NCBI GenBank assembly: GCA_029259175.1
Contig: JAPDJH010000015.1
Location: 1-64,000, forward strand
Direction of reading: 5' to 3'
Length of the DNA: 64,000 nucleotides
From: Hadesarchaea archaeon
GTDB taxonomy: Archaea > Hadarchaeota > Hadarchaeia > Hadarchaeales > Hadarchaeaceae
Below are positions 48,832 to 57,961 of the stretch, in pieces. Position 1 is the first letter of the stretch. Every line of letters starts with the position of its first letter. The notes beneath the pieces are model-generated. The model was not told the DNA's origin. It did not search any database and was given only the letters and a program-made list of their open reading frames with translations. The position numbers were made by a program, and so were the translations under genes.

Positions 48832-49797
48832 ATGAGATTGGTTGTCGCATTGGGAGGCAACGCCATCAAGCAGGCGCACGAAAAAGGAACAACCCTGGAG
48901 CAATTTCTAAACTGCAAACGAACTGCCCGTCTGCTTGCCAAGGTCGTTCAGCGAATGTCACCAAACGACCGATTGGTGATCACCCATGGGAACGGGCCCC
49001 AAGTGGGGAATCTGGCAGTGCAGCAAGACATGGCCAAGGAGGTGGTCCCCCCTCAAGATCTGGATGTGCTAGGGGCGATGACCCAAGGGCAAATAGGGTA
49101 TATGTTGCAGCAAATGCTGGACAACCAGCTGAGAGATCTCGGGTTGAAAGTACCCGTGGTAGCCATTATCAACCGTGTGCAGGTCAGCCGTGATGACCCA
49201 GAGTTTCAGGATGAAAACGCGTCCAAACCGGTGGGAAACTTCCTTACTGAGGAGGAAGTGAGGGAACTGAAGAAAAAGTATCCCAACTACATTTACAAGA
49301 AAGTGAAGCCTGGAGAAGGAAGAGTGTGGAGAAGAGTAGTTCCGTCTCCCGATCCCATCGCAAACGTAGAGGCAGAGGTGATAAAACGAATGGTGGATGC
49401 GGGAATCATCGTTATCGCTTCGGGTGGTGGTGGCATACCGGTAGTGCTGGATCCGGATGGACACCACCGAGGAGTGGAGGCCGTAATAGACAAGGATCTA
49501 GCGGGGGAGAAGCTGGCAGAGGTGATAAACGCCGACACCTTCCTCATCCTCACCGATGTGGAAAAGGTGAAGCTAAACTTCGGAAAACCTGATGAAAAAC
49601 CCATAGACCGAATGACGGTTTCAGAAGCAAAGCGGTACCTGAAGGAGGGCCACTTCCTCCCGGGAAGCATGGGGCCGAAGGTGAAGGCCTGTATCAGGTT
49701 CATTGAGTGGGGAGGAAAGCGCGCCATTATATCCTCGCTAGACAAGGTTTTGGAGGCCCTCGAGGGAAAGACGGGAACTGAAGTAGTACCAGACTGA
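48832..49797 (+). CDS. arcC: Carbamate kinase
   Basis: VALGGNA, HGNGPQVG, QGQIGY, RRVVPSP, GGGGIPV, EAVIDKD, GSMGPKV. Confidence 0.96.
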   Translation: MRLVVALGGNAIKQAHEKGTTLEQFLNCKRTARLLAKVVQRMSPNDRLVITHGNGPQVGNLAVQQDMAKEVVPPQDLDVLGAMTQGQIGYMLQQMLDNQLRDLGLKVPVVAIINRVQVSRDDPEFQDENASKPVGNFLTEEEVRELKKKYPNYIYKKVKPGEGRVWRRVVPSPDPIANVEAEVIKRMVDAGIIVIASGGGGIPVVLDPDGHHRGVEAVIDKDLAGEKLAEVINADTFLILTDVEKVKLNFGKPDEKPIDRMTVSEAKRYLKEGHFLPGSMGPKVKACIRFIEWGGKRAIISSLDKVLEALEGKTGTEVVPD

Positions 49798-49841
49798 AAG
49801 CATGATCTTTTAATCCGCTTGCAGATTTTTTCTTGGAGACG

Positions 49842-50444
49842 ATGGCGGCCAAAGAGAGGGGACCTCTTCCGAAATTTGGTGAAGTCCATGTTCGTCGAAC
49901 TCTGGAGCTTTTGCAAAGGTATCGAAGGATTGGGCGCAAGCGGCTGGCGGAAAAGCTGGGGATAGGCGAGGGAAGCGTTCGCACCATTCTGAAAAAGCTA
50001 AAACGTGAAGGGTTGATTCGTGGTTCACACGGTGGGCATACGCTAACCCGAGCCGGGGAACGACGACTCGGCAAACCACCAGAACTCCTGCCGATTGATG
50101 CGGGCCCGCTGACAGTCGGGAGGTGCAACGTTGCAACGGTAGTGCGCGGTGCCGCTGGACGAGTAAGGAACGGAATCGAGCAACGGGACGAGGCGATAAA
50201 GGTAGGTGCTGACGGGGCCACTGTGCTGGTCTTCAGAAGGGGGAGATTGCAGTTCCCCGACGGATTTGCAGATATTGAAAAAAAGCTGAGCGAGTCGCTC
50301 ATCCGGGCTTTCGCACTCCGCGATGGAGATGTCGTCATAATTGGGACTGCCGGAAAGCTAAGGAAAGCAGAGGAAGGCGCGAGGGCGGCTGCGCGCTCGC
50401 TTATGGAGGGGCCGGAGTCTACCAGGAAGGTACCTCATAGCTGA
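49842..50444 (+). CDS. Winged-HTH DUF4443-like protein
   Basis: IGRKRLAEKLGIGEGSVRTIL, G.EQRDEAIKVGADGAT. Confidence 0.8.
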   Translation: MAAKERGPLPKFGEVHVRRTLELLQRYRRIGRKRLAEKLGIGEGSVRTILKKLKREGLIRGSHGGHTLTRAGERRLGKPPELLPIDAGPLTVGRCNVATVVRGAAGRVRNGIEQRDEAIKVGADGATVLVFRRGRLQFPDGFADIEKKLSESLIRAFALRDGDVVIIGTAGKLRKAEEGARAAARSLMEGPESTRKVPHS

Positions 50445-50901
50445 ACTTGATGTTATCGTCATCCCTCAGCTCATAGGAGCCCGCCCCCACCGGTGCCAGC
50501 ACCCATACACCGTTTTCCTCGATGTACCACATCCAAAATTTATTTGCGTCAACATTCTCTTGCAGGCCGTTAATCGAGACTATATATTCTCCCAGTCCCG
50601 GGTAGAACTGGGTTTGGACTACTGCGACCCTGCGAAGGGCGTCCAAGGCTGTCGCTCCCTTGGTCAGGTACACCGTGTGCGTGGTGCTCTCCGTGCCGTT
50701 GTCTATAGTTACATAGCATTCGACGATGAGGTTTTCGAGTTCGTTTATGCGGTGGTACAGAGTTTCCACGAGCACGCCGGTAGTTTCCTGCAGATCATTC
50801 ACTTGCTCCTGTAGAAGCCGCTGCTGGTTGACAGTATACGCGAGGCCCGAGGCGAGGATTATAAACACGACGATTATCGCCTGCATTTCCTTTCTGATCA
50901 T
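50419..50901 (-). CDS. Membrane-anchored DUF4430 (transcobalamin C-terminal-like) protein
   Basis: N-terminal TM; GATALDAL, G.YIVSINGL, FWMWY, VGAGSYEL.D.D.I.F.Y. Confidence 0.8.
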   Translation of the reverse strand: MIRKEMQAIIVVFIILASGLAYTVNQQRLLQEQVNDLQETTGVLVETLYHRINELENLIVECYVTIDNGTESTTHTVYLTKGATALDALRRVAVVQTQFYPGLGEYIVSINGLQENVDANKFWMWYIEENGVWVLAPVGAGSYELRDDDNIKFSYEVPSW

Positions 50902-50906
50902 TTTTC

Positions 50907-51545
50907 TTACCTCCACTCGCTTGATGATACGCTTGCTTTGATCGGGATCGCGACTGGAACGGGAATCTTTACCAGCAGCTTAACGAGTCCGACCAGCGGC
51001 GGGATGAACACCAAGGAGCAGAGATGGTAGAATGTAAACGGTATCTGCGCAAAGAAGGCGGTCGCCCAAGTTGCAAGAGAGGTAGCTGGGCCATACCATC
51101 CCTCAAGGGAGACGCCGATGATTCCCGTCCAGAAGTCAAACAGTAGGATGGCGGTAGCTCCGGTGAGTAATGTATGGCCGAGCAACTTGCGGAAGCCGTC
51201 GAAGGGAGAAAGCTTATTACGAGTTCCCAGCAGCCAACAAAACACGAACCCGGACCACGTAAAAACATAAATCGGGAGGAGTCCCCAGAAGACCACGTCT
51301 ATTATAAACACGCTAAATAAGGCAATGATCCCGAAATACCGGGTGAATCTTCTCCAAAAAGCGGAGCTACCGCAGGGAAGTGAAAGCGAGCCCACGACTA
51401 CTAGTGTTGGAATTATCAATTCGAGGTTGGGGAAAGTCACACCGCGCAAATACAGCAATTTGCTCATGGCTATCAGAACGGCTGCTATCAAGACGAAAAG
51501 TCTAATCCGCTGTGAAAGCACACGATGAGGGGAGATTTGGTGCAT
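50907..51545 (-). CDS. Integral membrane protein, ECF S-component/DUF6580-like putative vitamin transporter
   Basis: About 6 TMs, PNLE near the N-terminus, LFDFWT, AQIPF..YHL; co-oriented with DUF4430. Confidence 0.55.
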   Translation of the reverse strand: MHQISPHRVLSQRIRLFVLIAAVLIAMSKLLYLRGVTFPNLELIIPTLVVVGSLSLPCGSSAFWRRFTRYFGIIALFSVFIIDVVFWGLLPIYVFTWSGFVFCWLLGTRNKLSPFDGFRKLLGHTLLTGATAILLFDFWTGIIGVSLEGWYGPATSLATWATAFFAQIPFTFYHLCSLVFIPPLVGLVKLLVKIPVPVAIPIKASVSSSEWR

Positions 51546-51548
51546 CAG

Positions 51549-51573
51549 TTGGATATATTATCCAATATATAAA
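51549..51573 (-). promoter_or_regulatory. TATA box plus perfect inverted repeat (candidate repressor operator)
   Basis: TTGGATA-TAT-TATCCAA at 51549-51565, between minus-strand TTTATATA (51573-51566) and ATG 51545. Confidence 0.6.
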
Positions 51574-51625
51574 TAGCTTTCGGAACCCAAAAAGGCGATA
51601 CAAGGAACGAGAAACGATAACGAAA

Positions 51626-51745
51626 TCAACCGAGACGTCCAAGTTTCCTGCGCTTTAACCGTCGCATTTTGCGTCGCATGCGCTTGCGTACCCACTTCCA
51701 GCGCATCCGGTGCCTTTTCTTCCACTTGCGCGGACGTTTTCCCAA
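51626..51745 (-). CDS. rpl41e: Ribosomal protein eL41 (eS32), long archaeal form (not in ORF track)
   Basis: TTG start: MGKRPRKWKKRHRMRWKWVRKRMRRKMRRLKRRKLGRLG*. Confidence 0.9.
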   Translation of the reverse strand: MGKRPRKWKKRHRMRWKWVRKRMRRKMRRLKRRKLGRLG

Positions 51746-51771
51746 GCAAGCACCCTTTCCTTATAATGACC

Positions 51772-52377
51772 TCAAATTAAATCCTTTTTCGAAGCTCGAA
51801 AAAGAACCAGGCGTTCGAAGAAGAGAGGTCTCTCCACCACCTCCACACAAAAGTCCTGCGCGGACAACTTTCGGAGCGTTTTCTGCGGATCAGAAAACGA
51901 GGAGTGAACCAAGAGTATGCGCCCACGAAACGACAGATAGCGGGAAAACTCATCCAAAAACCGATCGATGAGCAGACGGCCGTCCGCGCCTCCCTCGCAA
52001 CTCAAGCCGGTGGGATCTCCATCAAGCACCCCCGACCTCGGCAGGTAGGGAGGATTAAAAACTATCAAATCAAACTCCTCACCTTTTACTGGTTCAAAAA
52101 GATCACCCACTTCAAATTTCATCCGATCAGCCACTTTGTGGTGTGTCGCGTTCTGTTTAGCACACTCTATGGCGGCCGGATTGATGTCAGTAGCTGTCAC
52201 CTTTCCATCCTGCAACGCGCCCAGAATTCCTAAAATGCCACACCCAGTTCCCAAATCCAACACGCGCTCCCCTGCTCGGATCTTCAGATTATCTGCGATT
52301 AGAAAAGTATCCTCGGCTGGTTCATAAACTCCCGGTGACACGTCGAATTTCAAACCTCGATAAAACACTCTAACCAT
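51772..52377 (-). CDS. HemK2/MTQ2-family protein methyltransferase
   Basis: VYEPAEDT, LDLGTGCG, DINP, FNPPY, GGADGR. Confidence 0.9.
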   Translation of the reverse strand: MVRVFYRGLKFDVSPGVYEPAEDTFLIADNLKIRAGERVLDLGTGCGILGILGALQDGKVTATDINPAAIECAKQNATHHKVADRMKFEVGDLFEPVKGEEFDLIVFNPPYLPRSGVLDGDPTGLSCEGGADGRLLIDRFLDEFSRYLSFRGRILLVHSSFSDPQKTLRKLSAQDFCVEVVERPLFFERLVLFRASKKDLI

Positions 52378-52439
52378 CACATTCTGGTTTGAAAAACGTT
52401 TTTAATAAACTGCTTCCAGTCATATGCGGAGGTGAATGA

Positions 52440-52688
52440 ATGGCCGAAAAAAGGACTCCACAGGAACTTCTAGCCCTCGGATTCAACGTCGCCGGTGCCG
52501 TTCTAATAATCATTGGACTCATATCGCTGGCACTCAGTGGCGCTGCTCGTATCAGCAATGAGGAGATAACCTGGGTGCAGCAACTCCCATCCATCGTGGT
52601 CTCCATATTTCTCATTGCCGTTGGTGTTGTCTTCGCGGGCGTTGGGTTCTTCGCCTACGGCAAAACCGGCGGTGGAAAAAAGCGCTAA
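52440..52688 (+). CDS. Small two-TM membrane protein
   Basis: RBS GGAGGTGA, two hydrophobic segments, basic tail. Confidence 0.7.
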   Translation: MAEKRTPQELLALGFNVAGAVLIIIGLISLALSGAARISNEEITWVQQLPSIVVSIFLIAVGVVFAGVGFFAYGKTGGGKKR

Positions 52689-52737
52689 ACCACCCACTTT
52701 AAAACAGTGCGGGCGTAAATATAGTGGAGGTGAGTGA

Positions 52738-53091
52738 TTGGCCAAAAAAATGACTGAGCTGATAGGCCCCATTGCTTTCTACATAGGTCTGTTGATCGCA
52801 TTGGTCACGGCTTTCATTGAACCCTCACGCTGGCTCTACGTTGGACTTGCGGTGGTCGGTGTCGTCGTCAGCGTGCTGAATATTACAGCGGAAGAGGTGG
52901 GACCGTATCTTTTTGCTTCAATCGCTTTCATCGTCTCGGTGCTCGGAATGCAACAGTTAATACCAGCAGCTTCCGGTGGAAACATTCCGATCGAACTGAC
53001 GCGTCTTGCAGCGAACATCACCGTGCTCGTCGGTGCCGGTGCAATGCTTATCGCTCTGAAGGCCATCTACGCAATGGCGAAAAGCAAATAA
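52738..53091 (+). CDS. Small four-TM membrane protein
   Basis: RBS GGAGGTGA, LNITAEE...L.ASIAF, hydrophobic throughout. Confidence 0.75.
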   Translation: MAKKMTELIGPIAFYIGLLIALVTAFIEPSRWLYVGLAVVGVVVSVLNITAEEVGPYLFASIAFIVSVLGMQQLIPAASGGNIPIELTRLAANITVLVGAGAMLIALKAIYAMAKSK

Positions 53092-53095
53092 GCCC

Positions 53096-53117
53096 TTTTT
53101 CTTTTTTTGTTTTCTTT
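53096..53117 (+). terminator. Archaeal U-rich terminator
   Basis: TTTTTCTTTTTTTGTTTTCTTT directly after the stop codon. Confidence 0.6.
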
Positions 53118-53171
53118 ACTAACTAATCCACAATTTATTTATTACAGGTCTGGATAAACGTATGGAAGAAC

Positions 53172-54041
53172 ATGGATGCTCCCATGAAAGTCATCCCTGA
53201 AATCGATCGAAAAGCTGGAAAACTAAATCTGAGCCCGGAAGAGCTCGCCCAGATGATAGACCACACTCAGCTTTCACCATACAAACAACAGCGCTCGCTT
53301 GAAAAACTCTGTAATGAAGCCAAAGCGTACAATTTCGGGTTCGTGTGTGTGCACCCTTATTGGACGCGTTTTTGTGTTGAGCAGCTGAAGGGGACTGACA
53401 TCCAAGTGGCAACTGTCGTGGGCTTTCCAATGGGACAAAACACACCAGACGCAAAAGCGATGGAAACAAAGAAGGCGATCGAAGACGGGGCAACCGAAAT
53501 CGACATGGTAATGAACGTCTCGGCCTTCAAAGACAAGCGATACGATTTTGTAAAAGAAGACATTCAAGCAGTTGTGGAAGCCGCCCAAGGCAACGTGGTG
53601 AAAGTCATCTTGGAAACAGGTTATTTGACCTACGAAGAAATCGTCACGGCGTGTAAGCTGGTCAAGGAAGCGGGAGCACACTTCGTCAAGACATCTACCG
53701 GATATGGGCCGATGGGCGCCACCATTCCGCATGTGTATCTCATGCGCCAAACCGTAGGTTCGGACTACGGGGTAAAAGCAGCGGGCGGTATCTACAATTT
53801 CCGGGATGCGCTTCGGATGATTGCAGCTGGAGCAAACCGGATAGGAACGAGCGCTGGCGTGAAAATCATGGACAGCTACGCGTGGGCGCGCCACACCGAC
53901 TGGCACATCGAAGAAATCCCATGCAGGCTATGCCCGAGTCGAAAGGCCAACTTTGACAAGATGCCGAAAGCCGTGTTCGCATACTATAAATCCAAGTGTG
54001 TCGATTGCCCGTATAGGGAATTCAACAGGTTCTACGAGTGA
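53172..54041 (+). CDS. deoC: Deoxyribose-phosphate aldolase with C-terminal Cys-rich extension
   Basis: IDHTQL, VVGFPMG, GATEIDMV, KVILETG, FVKTSTG, VKAAGGI, RIGTS. Confidence 0.95.
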   Translation: MDAPMKVIPEIDRKAGKLNLSPEELAQMIDHTQLSPYKQQRSLEKLCNEAKAYNFGFVCVHPYWTRFCVEQLKGTDIQVATVVGFPMGQNTPDAKAMETKKAIEDGATEIDMVMNVSAFKDKRYDFVKEDIQAVVEAAQGNVVKVILETGYLTYEEIVTACKLVKEAGAHFVKTSTGYGPMGATIPHVYLMRQTVGSDYGVKAAGGIYNFRDALRMIAAGANRIGTSAGVKIMDSYAWARHTDWHIEEIPCRLCPSRKANFDKMPKAVFAYYKSKCVDCPYREFNRFYE

Positions 54042-54051
54042 GGTGTACGAA

Positions 54052-55818
54052 ATGGAAGGAAAACTCCTGAGAATAAATCTAACGACCAACAAGATTTCGG
54101 AAGAAGAAATCAAGCCGGAAATCTTGGAAATGTTCGTTGGAGGACGCGGGCTCGGAGTAAAAATTCTCTCGGATGAAGTTGACCCCACGATCGACCCGCT
54201 TTCTGAGAAAAACAAGCTGATCTTTGCTGTTGGTCCGCTCACCGGTACTGCCGCCCCGACTTCTGGACGGTACGAAGTGATCTTCAAATCCCCACTTACG
54301 GGAACGATCTGTAATTCTAACTCCGGAGGATACTTTGCCCCCATGATCCGAAAGCTCGGATATCTCGCAATCGTGATTGAAGGCAAAAGCAAAGATCCCG
54401 TGTATGTATGGGCGAGCGAGAATGGAGTGGAAATTCGGGACGCTTCCAAGCTGTGGGGCAAGGACACTGAAGAAACAACGAAAGCTTTGCTGAAGGAAAC
54501 CGACGAGCGCGCAAGGGTCGCATGTATCGGACCAGCTGGAGAACGACTGGTACGGATGGCTGCAATAATCAACGACGAACACCGGGCAGCGGGACGCGGT
54601 GGCGGTGGAGCGGTAATGGGCTCCAAGCGGCTCAAAGCTCTCGTCTTGTATGGTAAACAAAAACCCAAAGTGGCCGACAACCAGCGATTCATGAAAATCG
54701 TGAAAGGGTGCCTGATGACTTTGGACAAAAATCCTGTGACTAAGGATTCTCTCCGAATATTTGGGACCAATGTGCTCGTGGACATCATAAACGAGATCGG
54801 GGCGTTTCCCACTCGAAACTTCCAGGAGGGTTATTTTGAGGAAGCTGACGGAATCAGTGGACCCAAATATCTTGAACGAATCTTCGTCAAGGCATACAAC
54901 TGCGCCGGATGCCCCATAGGTTGTGGTAGGTTGACCAAAGCAAATGGGGAGGAGGGAGGGGGGCCAGAGTACGAAACTGTATGGGCGTTTGGTGCTGCAT
55001 GCGGGAACAGCAATATTGAAGATATTGCGAAGGCGAACTACATGGCAAACCGATTGGGGCTCGACACGATCTCCACCGGAGTAACCATCGCATGCGCCAT
55101 GGAAATGAGCGAGCGCGGGATTTTGAAAGAGTCGGTTCGTTTTGGAGATTCCGAACAAATTATCGAACTCGTGCGAAAAATCGGCTACCGCGAAGGAATC
55201 GGTGATGATCTCGCTGAGGGGTCGAAGCGGTTTGCAGAAAAACACGGATGTCCGGAGCTAGCCATGCAGATAAAAGGTTTAGAAATACCAGCGTACGATC
55301 CGCGCGGAGTTCAGGGGCACGCACTCGGATATGCGACTTCGAACAGAGGAGGATGCCATCTGCGTGCGTACATGATTGCTCCCGAAGTGTTGGGAATCCC
55401 AGTAATGGTCGATCGCTTCAAGCCAGAAGGAAAAGCCTCAATCGTAAAGCTGCTTCAGGACGTCTCGGCCGCAGTGGATACGCTCGTTCTGTGCCGGTTC
55501 ACCCAGTTCGCTCTCCGGATAGACCAATACGCCGGTTTGCTTTCCGCAGCAGTTGGGCGAACCTACACTGAGGACGACTTCAAACGAGTCGGTGAGCGCG
55601 TGTGGAACTTGGAACGTCTGTTCAATGTCAAAGCAGGGTTTTCACGTAAAGACGACACATTACCACCACGTTTTCTGCAAGAGCCCCTGAAAGAGGGAAA
55701 CTCACGAGGCAGGGTGGTTGAACTCGACAAAATGTTGCCCGAATATTATAAGATACGAGGATGGGACGAGGAAGGCAGGCCCACAGCTGAAAAACTCAAA
55801 GAGCTAGGGCTTTGCTGA
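54052..55818 (+). CDS. aor: Tungsten-type aldehyde:ferredoxin oxidoreductase
   Basis: KSPLTG, IGPAGE, AAGRGG.GAVMGSK, C.GCPIGC, EYET, GLDTIS, RGGCH. Confidence 0.95.
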   Translation: MEGKLLRINLTTNKISEEEIKPEILEMFVGGRGLGVKILSDEVDPTIDPLSEKNKLIFAVGPLTGTAAPTSGRYEVIFKSPLTGTICNSNSGGYFAPMIRKLGYLAIVIEGKSKDPVYVWASENGVEIRDASKLWGKDTEETTKALLKETDERARVACIGPAGERLVRMAAIINDEHRAAGRGGGGAVMGSKRLKALVLYGKQKPKVADNQRFMKIVKGCLMTLDKNPVTKDSLRIFGTNVLVDIINEIGAFPTRNFQEGYFEEADGISGPKYLERIFVKAYNCAGCPIGCGRLTKANGEEGGGPEYETVWAFGAACGNSNIEDIAKANYMANRLGLDTISTGVTIACAMEMSERGILKESVRFGDSEQIIELVRKIGYREGIGDDLAEGSKRFAEKHGCPELAMQIKGLEIPAYDPRGVQGHALGYATSNRGGCHLRAYMIAPEVLGIPVMVDRFKPEGKASIVKLLQDVSAAVDTLVLCRFTQFALRIDQYAGLLSAAVGRTYTEDDFKRVGERVWNLERLFNVKAGFSRKDDTLPPRFLQEPLKEGNSRGRVVELDKMLPEYYKIRGWDEEGRPTAEKLKELGLC

Positions 55819-56055
55819 TTTTCGAGATCTCAACGTGTTGGCCACATAAGCTCGGAGACGCTCAGTGGTTCTCTCTACGTGTTCGGTATGTTTTTCTAAC
55901 TCACGCACGTGAGCATCAAGCCTTTCCACGTGACGATCTAACATCTTGGTGTGAGCATCTAACCGCTTGAAGTGGCTCAGCAACACGAAAATGACGACCA
56001 ACTCAACAAACAAGACCATGAGTTCGAGGAAAAACAAAGCAAATTCGAACGACAT
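55804..56055 (-). CDS. Small membrane-anchored coiled-coil protein with His heptads
   Basis: N-terminal TM then LLSHFKR-LDAHTKM-LDRHVER-LDAHVRE-LEKHTEH. Confidence 0.75.
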   Translation of the reverse strand: MSFEFALFFLELMVLFVELVVIFVLLSHFKRLDAHTKMLDRHVERLDAHVRELEKHTEHVERTTERLRAYVANTLRSRKSAKP

Positions 56056-57195
56056 TCAGCTCACCGGTTGTCCACCTTCCATTATGACCTCGTCATCCGC
56101 ATAGACCACTCCATCCCCCATGTCCTTGATCATGTCTAGATGACAGGAGGCCTTGTTCCGTCCGTGATACGCTCCTCGATTGTTCCCTATTGCGATGTGA
56201 ACGGTTCCAAAAATCTTTTCGTCGATAATTATGCTTCCACCCGTGTATCGGGCGCCCGGATTGGTCCCTATACCGAATTCCGCGATTCTGTCTTTTTCGC
56301 CCGTGTTTGCCCGCAGGAACTTTTTGAATCGCTGAACGCCCTGCTTGGCCCGAGCCGACACCACTTTGCCTCGTCGGAACTCCAGTTTCAAGTCGCGGAT
56401 TTTACCAAAGCCTGGAATTGCTACCTTCTCAAAGGTGATGAATCCTTCGGCGGAATACTCCAGCGGTGCAACAAAAACTTCCCCGGCCGGGATGTTCACG
56501 CCCACGTCTCCTCTGCGAATGTCTTCATCGGATAGAAAGCCGTCGTCTACGAGAATCGGCCGGCCAGTTATACGAAACTTCAAATCCGTGTCGAAGCCAG
56601 ATATTATTCTGATCTCACGTTTTCCCTGCAATAGTTGCTCATAAATTGCACACAGCTTTTGCACTTTTGGGCCGAAAGTCTGCCGAATGCTGTCGAAAAA
56701 CACCCGCCGGAAAAAGCCGAGATCGCAGCCATATGCACGCGCAGCTCCTGGAATGGGCCACCCAAAGTACGCCCATCGAACTTTTCTTCTATCTAAAATC
56801 TCTCGGAGGTGCTGCCTTATTGGAGCTGTCAGCTTTATTCGAGATGAGAGCCCACGCGCCCAGTTCGGATCATCGTCTTCCCCGATGAACACGGTGACAT
56901 CTACCTTCCTAGCTATCGCCTCGGCGAAGGGGCTGATCTGGCGAAGAGACTCTGTGGGTTTTAACAAATACCCCAAACGCTCGCGCGAAGAAGCGTAATG
57001 AAGCATGAGAGTATGGGCCCCACGGCGCCAGCACTCTTCTTCCACGTACTGGGCAAATCGCTCACAGGATGGATCGGTGCGGTTGTACAAGATCCGGACG
57101 GCATCAAACGATCCATCAGATTTTTTTCCTATACACATCGAACGACGGACAAATATTCGGGCGATCCTTCTCATTTCTGAGACAGATAGTTCCAT
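56056..57195 (-). CDS. Aminopeptidase, M29 (thermophilic metalloprotease) family
   Basis: NIPAGEVFVAP, IAEFGIGTN, DEKIFGTVHIAIG, HLDM. Confidence 0.9.
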   Translation of the reverse strand: MELSVSEMRRIARIFVRRSMCIGKKSDGSFDAVRILYNRTDPSCERFAQYVEEECWRRGAHTLMLHYASSRERLGYLLKPTESLRQISPFAEAIARKVDVTVFIGEDDDPNWARGLSSRIKLTAPIRQHLREILDRRKVRWAYFGWPIPGAARAYGCDLGFFRRVFFDSIRQTFGPKVQKLCAIYEQLLQGKREIRIISGFDTDLKFRITGRPILVDDGFLSDEDIRRGDVGVNIPAGEVFVAPLEYSAEGFITFEKVAIPGFGKIRDLKLEFRRGKVVSARAKQGVQRFKKFLRANTGEKDRIAEFGIGTNPGARYTGGSIIIDEKIFGTVHIAIGNNRGAYHGRNKASCHLDMIKDMGDGVVYADDEVIMEGGQPVS

Positions 57196-57199
57196 GGTA

Positions 57200-57919
57200 T
57201 CATCCAATGTAGGTTGGACGTTCTTCTGAAGCACTTTCAGAAAAGAACTGCAGGCTCTCGGGGTTCTCCTCTAGCAGCTCGGTTGTGTTAATGGTGATCC
57301 CAAGCAGGTTTGAAAGCGCATTAAGAACATTGGCCGAAGCCGGAGGATCCAAGATTCCTCCTCCCGTGGTTCCGAGCAAACAAAAACCGTCGATCCCGCG
57401 GAGAGACGCTAGCGCGGGCAATATGCCGTTCATTCCAACGATTACCCCGCCGTTGAGCAGTTCTACGCCGCTCTGCTCAAGTTTTTTTGCTAGGCTCTTG
57501 CTCGTGGCTGCTCCCACCACCGGCTTTTTTCGGGTCTCGTCTGGGGCTAAAACATATGCAGCCATTGTGCCAACAAGCGATACGCCAAATTCCTGGACTA
57601 TATCTAAAATCTCCCCCGTGAGGATGTACTGACCCTCAGGTGAGGCGGCTTGAGCGTCTGCTGACAGAAGAATCAGGTGTCGATTCAGATCAGCTGGCTT
57701 TGCATAGTAGAACTCGAGCTTCAAAGGTCTTATGCCACCATATTCCGGAATGGCCCACTCCGGCAGGTACTCCGACTGAAGTTCGATGAACTTCCGGGCC
57801 CGAAGCTGTCGTAATAAGAACTCCACCGCCAGTTTGCCCACATTTGCGATGCCAGGCAAGCCAGCAATCAAGTATGGAGATTTTAGACGTGGTTTGCGCA
57901 GGTACTCTATGCGCGACAT
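57200..57919 (-). CDS. PAC2-family proteasome assembly chaperone
   Basis: LIAGLPGIANVGKLA, DAQ, GVIVGMNG.L, CLLG.T...DP.AS. Confidence 0.88.
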   Translation of the reverse strand: MSRIEYLRKPRLKSPYLIAGLPGIANVGKLAVEFLLRQLRARKFIELQSEYLPEWAIPEYGGIRPLKLEFYYAKPADLNRHLILLSADAQAASPEGQYILTGEILDIVQEFGVSLVGTMAAYVLAPDETRKKPVVGAATSKSLAKKLEQSGVELLNGGVIVGMNGILPALASLRGIDGFCLLGTTGGGILDPPASANVLNALSNLLGITINTTELLEENPESLQFFSESASEERPTYIG

Positions 57920-57961
57920 CTATCAGATATAACTGTGCAGGAATTTATATGTGTGGATTTG

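Noticed and set aside
53928-55245. Long minus-strand ORFs opposite aor
   Set aside because: Antisense shadows without recognisable motifs.
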